A stretch of DNA of 64,000 nt, from positions 9,600,213-9,664,212 of the forward strand of contig OZ234493.1 in the NCBI GenBank assembly GCA_965153455.1, written 5' to 3'. Below, piece by piece: positions 53,601-64,000 of this stretch. Position numbers and translations under genes: made by a program. Numbering within the stretch: the stretch's first letter is position 1; each line of letters opens with the position of its first letter. The stretch comes from Sphagnum compactum. Taxonomy: Eukaryota. The notes under the pieces are model-generated. The model saw only the letters and a list, made by a program, of their open reading frames with translations. It was not told where the DNA came from and ran no database searches.

Positions 53601-56600
53601 TTGAGCCTTTGGGTTCTCATCCGCTGTGAGTGCCATTACCAGTGCCTCCAGTGCCTCTTCTCTGTACATGCTATGGCGCCGGGATTCAAACTGCGATTGT
53701 GTATATTGTTCATAATCAGACACAAGAAGTGTTATACAAGTTAGGATGACAGACTTACTGTGCATGAGATTGTAACAGATGGGATGACAGGTTTACAGAG
53801 CTTACCAGTAGATCAAGCTGAAGTAGAAGAGCTGCTGTCAATGGTCGTTGTTCCAGAGGTGCTATTTGGAGGTCAACCAGCAATACACACATACTGCTCA
53901 GTATTCCCTCACTTTGTATAGGCCGCATGATCTTCTCTATCGCTTCCCGCCTGCAGTAAAAAATCATAAACAAAACATCAACTCCAGCCAGCAGCATTCT
54001 TTTGAGCATGTAGTATGCAGTCCTGCAGCATTGCAAAGAGACTGAATGACCCAAGTTCAAGACCCATCATATGTCTTCTTCTGCTTTATAGTCACACCCT
54101 GCAACTGCTTACAAGCACAGCTGCAATGGACGACAATCCTGTGAGTGCCACCAAGGTTGAGCTCAGTAGTAGACCTGTTCAGATGAGTAAGCTCAATGAG
54201 AAATGAGGTGGCAACTGTTCGTGATTGTCCCTTGCAATTGTGGAGCATTTCAACCAGAGGAGAAAGATTTGCACTATAAGCAACTGTGTAGCGACAGCCG
54301 CCATCTGCTTGCATACAGCAGCACAGCACCTTTGCTGCACCCAGTCTCTCCTCAAACACCTGCAAAAAGTAAGATGCACCCAGTTCACAAAAACACCCAA
54401 TTGGATGATGAAATAATCACCACTCTTAAGAACTATTGGGTTCTGGACCACTTGTCACACAATGGAGACAAGGTGACCTAAACCCTAAACACAAAACAAA
54501 ACTGCTCTCTCACTGTGATAGAAAGTGAAAGGAGTGACATTGACCTTAGATTCCAGCTGGCTGATCAGGAACGGGACAGATCCCATATGGACAACCGATT
54601 CTGCATGTGACATGTTGGTAGCAAAATCAAAACTTGTCACTAGTTGCTCAAGCAATAGCACTGCAGCAGCTTTGGGACTCCAAGACACTTGAAAAGCACC
54701 CATTCCAATGGTTTCACTCTCTTGCAATACTTTGACCACTGAAGGTATGATTCCCATAGCTGCTAAGTGTCCAGACCCAGGCTTCAGCAGATACAGCAAC
54801 ACTGCCGCCTGTGGTACCCCTTCCATTTGTAGCACATTCACAATTGTCTCATAGGAAGGGTCCGCCCGCACAACTGCATGCCTAGCCAGCTCATCCTTGA
54901 ATACTAACACAGAGAGTAGACCAACGGTCGCTCTTAAAATCTCCTCGTTCACAGAGTTTGAGAGCACCTCCATCAATCCATCAATAACTGCCACTTTGGA
55001 GAGGCTAGCTACTATAGCAGGGCTACCTTTTTTCTCAATCCAAATGTGGACAATTTGCCGAACAGCAGCCTCGCACTCAGTCAACTCCTCAGCAGTACAA
55101 AGAGAGGCCAATGCAGGCTTTAAAACTCTCGTCAAACCTTCCAAATCTTCAACAGTCATACTGTTTCCAGCTTGAGACAATGTATTTCCTCTTTGGCTGA
55201 ACCTGCAGCTCAGCCTGTGCTTTGAGCGTGGACTGCTGCCGGTAGTCTCATTGTTGTAGAAAGGCGCTTCCTGATGATGATTCATGATATGCAAGGAGGG
55301 TATCACAGTTGCAGAAGTGTTGCACGAGGGATCACTGCTGCTGCTAAGTTGATAACCCAGTTCCAAATGCTCATCCCTCCAAGCATCCACCAGTCTTTTC
55401 AACACAAAGTTTGTCTGCGGAAGCATTAGGCTGCTAAGGCGTTGATGGGTAATAGGGCATGTGGTGTTTCCATGGTCGAGCCACTCTTGGATTGCATGTC
55501 GCTCAAAGGTTTGTCCTGTCTCTAATGTGACAGGGTCTTCAAAGAGCTGCTTGGTGATGAAGCAGACGAAGTCTTTGGGGGGCTTTACTTGAGAAGACTG
55601 ATGATGCGAGTACCACTTAGGACGTCCAGAGATTGAGGGATGTCTGATGCCCCAGCTGCCCTCTCCATTGATTGGTGACCCAGCACTACATGTACAATAC
55701 AGATTAGTTTACTCACTTGATAACCCATGATGGTCTTTAGGGTTTAGGGTTTAGGTTTAGATGTTTTATTCTGATGGCAATCTTGCAGAGAGAGTTGTCT
55801 CCGTTGTTGTTTAAAATGCTAACTGATTCATGGGTGCAAGACCCAACTGGCCACATTTTACATTCTCCTGAACTGAAAGCACAGAATCCAGAGAGGATGA
55901 TAGCCACCTCAAGTCTAATGATGAATTGGTCAAAAATGTCAAACTGGAGGTAGAAGCATCTTGCTGAATCCTTTGTTCCAGAGCCTGCCTTGCTGCCATG
56001 GCATTGGTTGTTGAGGCATCCTGTGGCATTACCATGGCACCCAAGAACAACAAAACCAGCACAAATGTGGATAAAGCTCCACTGAAGCAATAACGCCTTA
56101 TTAGACTGACCACAACAAATGTTGGTAGAGAGGACAGCAAGAACTGAAGATCTGCCTTTTTCCTTGAACCTCTCTGAGAAATCAATTCTAGACTTGCAAG
56201 CTTTGACTATAGTTTCTTGAAGGTTAATTCAGGAAGCACACCTCTATCTCAATACTTGAATCACATGAAGAGAGTACACCACCCCTAGTTGATTCTTGGC
56301 AGTTTACATCCTGCAGGTTATCTTGTGCCACTTGCATTCTTGGATTTGTTGATGCTATGGCTGTGCGTGCCACATCCATATCCTCACGGGAAGATGTAGA
56401 CAAAGGAGATGGTGAATGTGCACTTGGATGGAGGGAACAAGACTGAAGAACATGTTTGCCAGATCCATGTTGAGCTATACCAAGCAGCTTTGAACTCCGA
56501 TTCTGTGTAACCTTATCAAATCCAGTGGATTCCTCTGCAGCACTGGCATGATTCTTATCACTACTGGGAGCCAAGGATGATGAAGGAGAAGGATTCACTG

Positions 56601-59600
56601 CTTCAAGAGAACATCCTCCAATATCCAACTCTTTTGCAATAGGCTGATCTCTTGGTAGAGTCAGCACATCTGACTGCTCCGCAGCTTCCATGACCTCACC
56701 ATGCCCATTTGGACTTCCAGTGTCGTCACCCAAAGACCTCAACTTGGTCTCACAGTCATGGTTACTGGAAAATGGTTGATGCACTATAGAAGCCTGCTGA
56801 TCCTGAGACTGAGTGACTTGCACATTATCAGCAGTGTTTGTAGACATTTGAGCTTTGCTATGAGCCTCTCTTTTCTCCTCTGCAGAAGGAGAATGTGGAG
56901 TAAAAGCAGTTACTGAGAAAGCAGGAGTCTCAGAATCATCTATCGATTCTGCCTGACCCAATCCTGAGGCGATTGGCAATTGCTCACTTTGGCACTCTGA
57001 TCTGACACCACCCTCAGGACCAGGTTTGTAAAGCAGGAGGGTGCGAGAACCAATGCTATGGATGGATTTTTTTGTCACAGGTAACTGCTGCTGCCTTGGT
57101 TTCTGAGCACTCTTGACCAACTCTCTGAGTTTTGCTAGAGTAGTACCTTGACCATCATCGTCATCACTCTGCATGATTATACTTGAAAATGGGCACTTGT
57201 CCTCTTGCTGTAGCTGCTGGCTTGCACTCAAATCCTCCCACATTTGCAGAAGTTGCCCTTGAGTAATCTTTTTGCCATCAATGACGAGACCCATGGCCAT
57301 TGCTGCCTCCTCAGAACAGAGAGGGTCAGCACCTTCCTCAGCTTCTTCATCTAAATGTTTGTCAGCACTTCGCTGCAAAATTAGGCCCCACATTTGATTT
57401 AGGACAAGAGCATTACTGAGACAAGTTCGTAAGGCCAACTTACAATCAGTAAAGAAAAAACATTACTTGGTGCAGATTAAGGTACACATAATCTCAAGTA
57501 CTGAACAGGAAGAGTACCTCAGCAGCAACATTTGGGTGAGATGGGACAGTATCCCATCGCATTCTAAGGTCAGAAACCTTAGAAATAACTGCCTCCTCAG
57601 GGTGGTGAGACTGCTCATTTGCTGTCTCTTCTAAGGGTTGGACATCATGCTCTGTTGTTTGGGAATTTACAGAGTCCCTGTGTTTGCCAGATGTAGAAGA
57701 CGATGACATCGGTCTGGTGGACAAGTCAAAAGCTGGATCCAGAGCAAAGTCACTGGATCCCCCCTCATGCTGCTGTAGCATCAAGCTAAGCTGGCTAGAC
57801 TGAATGATATATTTCACAAGCTCACCAAGCTTCTTGGTTGTAAGCCTCTGGCCATTCCTGTCACAGAATTGTTTCACAAATGCATTTGCCTGTGTCGAAT
57901 TCATTTGTCCAGACGAGAATCTGTCCCAGATTTGCAGAAGTTCCCCTTGTGAGATTCTGCGACCATTCCAATAAACTTCAATGGCATAGAGTGCCTCTCC
58001 TGGGCTCAGAGGATTGCTTCCATTCCCCACTGTACTCTTGTGTTCCATTCCAGACTCCCTTCTCAACTGCATGATGTCAACCCAAGATACACATACCCAC
58101 TTAAGAGCTGACTCAATGGTGTCCAGCATGGAATAAGCACAGAACACACTGTTTGCCCTCACATATAGCCATCAGCTAGGTAGGAAAACCTGAAGGCACA
58201 GCAACACAAATCCAAAGCAGTAGTAGTGGAGAAGGGCAATGCAAAATGCACCTTACTTCTTGGACTGTCCTTTGAAGCCAACATACTATTGACTGACGAA
58301 AGGCTTGTCTGGTCACTTTGATGCTCCATATGAACAAGTCTTTTGGGTGGGTTTTCTTCCTTCTCAAATGAGCGAGCTCTGGAAACTCTACCAGGCCTGC
58401 ATAGATTCAAGGGCATCAACAGGAAGTGAACTCTTGAGTTTTCTCCACTTTTTTTCAGAATTGCACACTTTGGCAAGAGAAAAATTCAGTGTTACACTAC
58501 TCTGTTCTGCATGAAGCACCCAGCTGCAGGAAACAATGGTATGGAAGGAACTTAGGGAATATGCTCACAAAAAAACAATGGTTAAGTACTTACAAAGAGT
58601 TGATTCTTCTCTTCCCAGACACTTCATCATCTGATCCTTCCTCCTCAATAAGTGTGGCCAAGGGCATAGTCTGAACCCCTGCCACTGCAGGTTTAGGTGG
58701 TGGAGGAGTTTCATGTTGTTTAGGGGTTGGAGGTGTTTGAGTCTTGGGAAGGCTTGGTTCATCCCCACTCCGCATACCACCAGCTGCATAAGCCATCCAG
58801 TCTTTGTAATACTGCGCATACTGCTGTGTATTCATGTCAAGGCAATCCATGTAGAGCTTGTTGAGGAGTTCAAGCCTTACCACCTGTTCTTGATGCAGAT
58901 CTCCTGTTGCCGGGACCTGCATGGACATGGGTGGTTGTTTGAGCTGCTCCTGTATCATCGTTGTCGTCGTCATCATCATCACGCACAAAAGCAAAAAAAC
59001 CTCACAGATAGTTCTTCCATTGAAAATGATGAGTGTGAACCCTACCTCATCTCTGATGGATTCTGCACCATTGGAGTCGTTCTTCTGGTGGTGGTGGTGG
59101 TTGTTGTTGTGGACTCCTCTCTTGAGGAGATTTGGAACCTTGGGCATGCAAGCAACTTTCAATATGTTTTCATACTCTTGCTGAAACCAGATCTCAATGT
59201 TGGCAAGGTGTGGGCGGAAGAGTTGCTCCCAGAGATCGGGTGCAAAATCAAGGCGTGCATATGTGGGGTCAATCAGCAACATCTCCAATAGATGTGTTGC
59301 TACATAAAAGTCGTTGTTGCGCAGCTTCCACACCAATGCAAGGTAGAGATGTGCCCAGGCCGACAAGTATGTGTTGGGTATGCCTGCAGTTGTGCGCTTC
59401 GGATCAAGCAATGCTGGCACCTGGTTTCGCAACAAAAAACAACAACAGTTTCTTCTTCTTCTTCTTCTCAGATCACATTTTCTTTCCTGTCTGTCTGATT
59501 GAGCAGCACTATTGCTCAGGACTTCTCATAGTGGTTTCTCTCTAAGCTAGCTACTGACCTGGAAGAGACGATGAGGAAAATGCTTAGGTGTCATTGCAGG

Positions 59601-60168
59601 CAAAGGAGGTAGACGAGTGAGACAATGGGTGTCAGATTTAGGGATCTGATGTCAGAGAGAGTTCAGGAACATCATCATCATCATCATGTTGGAGACCCAA
59701 AAGCCTCAGTACTCATCGTCAAGCAAGCTGAGAGAAGGGGTGAGGGAATTGGTCACCTACCTGCAACATTTTCTCAGAATACTCTAGACGTGCAGCTCGA
59801 GCTTCTTGGTTGGTGGTCTTCACAGCTGACTCCAATCCTTCACTTCCCCAGTCCAGATTAGCAAGCACCGCTTGCTCGGCGTACTGGACTTGAAACCCGG
59901 GAGTTTCCAGCTGCAGACGCTCTGAGCACTTGCTCTTGATCTCTTGTCGAAGCTCGTTATTCAACAGAATGGACATGGCCCAGCTTCCCATCACCCCCAT
60001 CACTGTCCGCACCGCTGCCGTGTCTGGCTGAGTAATAGTAGCCGAAGACGACGACGACGAAGACGAAGACGACGACGACATCTTGCTGCTACTGTGGCTG
60101 CTGCTGCTGTCCACACTAGATGGAATGCTGCGATGGTACTCTGAGCTCATCATCACGGCTGCGGTCAT
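50617..60168 (-). CDS. LIN: LIN/CERBERUS-like U-box E3 ubiquitin ligase (N-terminal LIN domain, U-box, ARM, WD40), >=20 exons, ~2040 aa; final coding exon unresolved
   Basis: Exons 60168-59761, 59420-59046, 58949-58594, 58396-58252, 58066-57518, 57372-56242, 56020-55908, 55685-54545, 54359-54175, 53950-53806, 53690-53436, 53307-52995, 52859-52735, 52586-52464, 52276-52145, 51994-51872, 51637-51527, 51413-51270, 51040-50918, 50733-50617, all frame-consistent. LIN-type motifs: QAVLANLDWG, YLSAWAHLYLALVWKLRN, DFAPDLWEQLFRPHL, KPPKDFVCxIT...DPVTLETGQTFER, LPQTNFVLKRL, LLLQLDLL, SMYREEA, LGGRFSYSGK and WD40 repeats. LIN versus a LIN-like paralog cannot be resolved. Confidence 0.9.
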
Positions 60169-60473
60169 GTCTCTCTTGCTCTGTCTGTCGCGCACATGAA
60201 GGAAGGCAGACGCAGGTACGTCCTCTTCTTCTTCTTCTTCTTCTTCTTATTCTTCTTCCCCTTCGCCAACGACACGCCGAAGGAGGCCGGCGTTCGACTG
60301 CCTTTACAGACGACGAAGCGTGCGTGCGTGCGTGCGTGCGTGAAAACAGTCCTGAAGACCACAGTTCTCAGCAGGTGGCGAAGAAGGCGCTACCTCTTCC
60401 GGTAGCCGTTCGCCAGGCTCCCGTGTCTCGAACAGCCATTTTTGTTCTTATTGGCGAAACTTCGCTTTTTTAC

Positions 60474-60983
60474 TTCGCCAAAAAAGAGAAATTTAAGCAA
60501 ATGAGAAACTCAAAACAAAACCCAAAAAAAATCTCCAAAAAGAGAAATTAAAAATGCGAAACTCAAATTTTAGTTTCACCAAAAAAAAAGAGAAATTTTA
60601 AATGAGAAACTCAGAAAAACTAACTACGCCAAAAAAGCAAAATTAAAAAAATGAGAAACTCAAAATTCAGGTTCACCATAAAGAGAAATTGAAAATGAGA
60701 AACTCAAAAACTAACTATGCCAAAAAAGCGAAATAAAAAATGAGAGACTCAAAATTTAATTTCGCCAAGAAGAGAAAATTTGTAAATGAGAAAAATCAGA
60801 CATGAATTTCACCAAAAAGCGAAATTAAAAAAAGAGAGACTCAAAAATAATTTCGCCAGAAAAGCGAGATTAAAAAATATGAGAAACTCAAAAATTAATT
60901 TCGCCACTAAAGAGAAATTAAAAATGAGAAACTCAATTTTAAATTTCGCCAAAAAGCGAAATTCAAAATGAGAAACTCAAAAA
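60474..60983. repeat. ~45-48-bp minisatellite (consensus ~TTCGCCAAAAAAGAGAAATTAAAAATGAGAAACTCAAAATTAAT) upstream of the LIN-like gene
   Basis: Roughly 11 units with recurring atgagaaactcaaaa and ttcgccaaaaa. Confidence 0.85.
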
Positions 60984-61708
60984 TGAAGTGCGTATTGTGC
61001 TTCTTCTTCTTCTTCTTCTTCATCTTCTGTCCATTCTGGGAAGCCAGGAGGGACTTTTTTTTCATCCAGGTGACTGGTGATCATCCAATGAGCAGGGTTT
61101 CTTTATAAGGATTTTATGATGTAGCCAAAGTGGCGATCATTCAAAAATAATTTAGCCAACTTTGGGTTACATACTAGCTAAATTTGGCTAAATAATACTA
61201 GGTATGAAAGTAGCCCCAAAAAAAAAAAAAAAAAAAACAGAAATCCTTCTATATTCTTGGCTACCTACTGGAACTTATCATAAAAATCTGGCAATTGAAA
61301 AAATAATAATAATAAAAAATAAATCTGGTGAATTTGGGAAATAAAAATAAAATAATAATAAATAAATCTGGTGAATTTGGGTTCTAAATATGGCGATTTT
61401 TTGCACATTTTTTTCTGAAAAATCCCCCCCTTTGTATACTTTGCACCAGATTTTATTTTATTTTGGTTGCCATGATGCAAAAAATCCTCTATAATAGTTT
61501 TGCACAATAATTGAATACCCAACCGTCTTTATGATGAAAAAAAAGTATTCCTTAAGAAAATTAGGGAGGTGTAGAAATCATGACATCGGTGCCATTAATT
61601 AATTGCACCATGTACTTTTTTTTAAAACCACCATCATTCCATGAAATCCTCTACCATACCATACCATACCATACCATACCACACATGTATATGCTCTTAT
61701 AGACTCGG

Positions 61709-61934
61709 ATACCCTAGTACCTTGGCCAATTCGACACTAATTATATTATTTACAAAATTAAAATGTTGAAATTTTCAAAAACTATTTCTTCCAAATCAAA
61801 AAATATTGTGAAGGAAAAATAGGGAATATTTTAGGAATATTCCATTTGTTGAAATGAATTTCTCAAAATTAATTAGTTAATTAATTAATTATTCAATGGA
61901 CATTGTGTTGAAATGGGCCAAGGTACTAGGGTAT
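61709..61934. mobile_element. MITE with long TIR ATACCCTAGTACCTTGGCC...GGCCAAGGTACTAGGGTAT
   Basis: 19-bp perfect TIR. Partial homologues at ~43395-43572 and ~26460-26585 share aaatgttgaaattttcaaa. Confidence 0.75.
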
Positions 61935-62194
61935 ATGAATTTCATGAATACAACATTAACATTCACAACAACACGGGGTGTGTCACACCGTGGCCTTGCC
62001 ATTTTACATTTAAAACTATCTTAAGGCAAAAATAGAATTATGGAAATTCAAATATTTCACCATGCAAAAATATAATCTTCAAAAAATCCTCTAAAGAAAA
62101 CCAAAATCCTTCAAGATATCATAACTCTTGAATAAAATGTCACAACATGTTAGCAATTTTGAATAGAATGTTCATTCCAAAAGTTTCTATTCAT

Positions 62195-62432
62195 TTATCA
62201 TCATCATATTTGGTGACCATTAAAAATAATCGAGGGTTTCATCCAATGGCTTAAATCTTGTAACAAAACATGAAGAGATATAACTCTACATTATCGAATG
62301 TAATTATAGTGAACAAAATTATCATCGTCATATTTGGTGATTGTTAAAAATCGAGAAATTGGCTTAAATCTTGGGAACAAAACATGAAGAGATATCACTC
62401 TAAATTATGGAATGTAATTATAGTGAACAAAA
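62195..62432. repeat. Local tandem duplication of ~120 bp
   Basis: ttatcatc.tcatatttggtga...tggcttaaatcttg..aacaaaacatgaagagatat.actcta.attat.gaatgtaattatagtgaacaaaa occurs twice. Confidence 0.8.
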
Positions 62433-63229
62433 GTTACACATGAATTAGCTTAACAATGATTAGGTTCAAGCTATAAAAGTTCAAATTTGTAAACAAAGAA
62501 ATAGGATTTGTTTTTGAAAAAATGGTCTATGATATGAAACAATAACATGTATTGCATTAAAAACACAACTTTTTTTTGCATTCCATCCATTGCACAAACA
62601 AAACAAGAAAAGAAAATTTCATCTCTCACGCAAATGCACACGAGAAGAGCAAAAGAATAATTTGGACACAACTTGCAGAGTTCAAAAACAAATAGTTAAT
62701 GTAATAACAACACAAACATGTAGCCCACAAATGCAAATGATTTGAAATTATGTTATAAAACACCAAAGATCATCCAAAATATTTAAGAATACACAATACA
62801 CATGCAAAAAAATTATTGCAAATGCATATGACTTTTAGCTTCACAAGGTACATAACATTGACAAGAATGAAAACACATTTAAGCAAAACACACATTTTAC
62901 ACAAAAGGTAGTTTCATAAATAATTTTAAAACATTTGAATATGTCCAAAATTTGAGAATATTTTCTCACAATGTTTTTTAAACCTTGAAAATTTTCATGC
63001 CCGATTTTTTTGAAATTTTAACAATTTGTATTTTTATTTTTTTTAAATTGAAAATGTTTGATTTTATTAAAAAAATAATCATTGTTGATACATTTTACCA
63101 TCATGTAAAAGACCTCATCATTTTCAATTTATTCTTTTTAATATGAGTTTTTTTCATCATTATCTTCAATAATATATCTATGATTGTGAATAAAGAATAA
63201 TGTGAATTTGATTCCATGGTTTCAACCTA

Positions 63230-64000
63230 TAATTCTTTATCAAATGCCCCAAACAGTCCACACTTGCCCCAACCTTTCACTATTAATTGGCTTTGAAAAC
63301 CTAAACATTTCTAAGTTTATAATAATTAAATGCAAAATTCCTCACATATTTATTTGAAAATCAAGGTGAACAATATTATAATCCATATCCTCCACTTGTT
63401 TTTGTATGGATTTTGTTGACCATTGTTTGAAACAATTTGAAAAGCCACATTTTAGAAATGTTTGCAAAATAATGTGCAAAATAAGGTTGTAATTTTGATG
63501 TGTAGTTAGCTAATAGATACAAGACACAAATATGTGGATATTAATCTTTCATCCATTCAAGAAAAAATTCTTAAATTTATGCATGAACCAACAATTAGTT
63601 AGGAAAGTCATTTTCTAATTTTTTGGCAATGACAAATTTTCAACAACATTCATAAAATATGGAACAAAAATGTGAAATTGTTAACACATTTTCAAGTCCA
63701 ATGGTTTTGTGTCATTGTGAAATGAAATCCATATTCCAAACATTTTCTAAACCACCTTTGGACTTGGCCAAATAATAATTTATTTTACCAACGAAAATAA
63801 TTTAAGAAAGGAACAATCTACCATCAAATGTAGATGACATAACATGTTTTCCTTTCTAATCACTTTTACATCCTTCAAATCTTTTTTCCCCCATATTGTA
63901 TGTTTTCATCCCATTGGAACAAGGTGAATTCTTACACAAGATTGATGACACATTTGAATTTCAAAATATATTGTAGTCAATACCTACTATGTTATGGAAA
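63230..64000 (-). mobile_element. pogo/Tc1-type (DDE_1) transposase remnant, running off the window end
   Basis: Minus-strand fragments IHLVPMG, DVKVIRKE, SSTFDGRLFLS*IIFVGK, GFHFTMTQNHW and EWMKD*YPHICVLYLLANYTSKLQP resemble the DDE_1 P.N.TS.LQP.D region. Heavily mutated. Confidence 0.6.

Noticed and set aside
60474-60983. Regularly spaced repeats as a possible CRISPR array (also 21440-21715 and 5935-6014)
   Set aside because: The context is eukaryotic, the whole units repeat without unique spacers, and there are no cas genes.

Overview
Eukaryotic land-plant genomic DNA with GT-AG intron-rich genes. It looks bryophyte/moss-like, but the species cannot be established from the sequence. Six spliced protein-coding genes were rebuilt by hand: a REF/SRPP (LDAP-type) lipid-droplet protein (-); a cytosolic HSP70 (+) with heat-shock elements; a 17-exon class II PTEN-C2-FH1-FH2 formin (+); an 85-aa uncharacterised plant small protein (-); a 7-exon FSH1/OVCA2-type serine hydrolase (-); and a >2000-aa LIN/CERBERUS-like U-box/ARM/WD40 E3 ligase (-). 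The AT-rich intergenic DNA holds decayed Copia, hAT and pogo/DDE_1 remnants, several MITE/foldback families and minisatellites. Four observations stand out. (1) A twice-repeated ~70-aa EF-hand-pair-like module is inserted in the LIN-like ligase. (2) The FSH1 hydrolase is otherwise intact, but its catalytic His is replaced by Arg. (3) A ~400-bp structured non-coding segment occurs twice, each time 3' of a minus-strand gene. (4) A pre-miRNA-like hairpin lies downstream of HSP70. All exon models are manual and not confirmed by transcripts.
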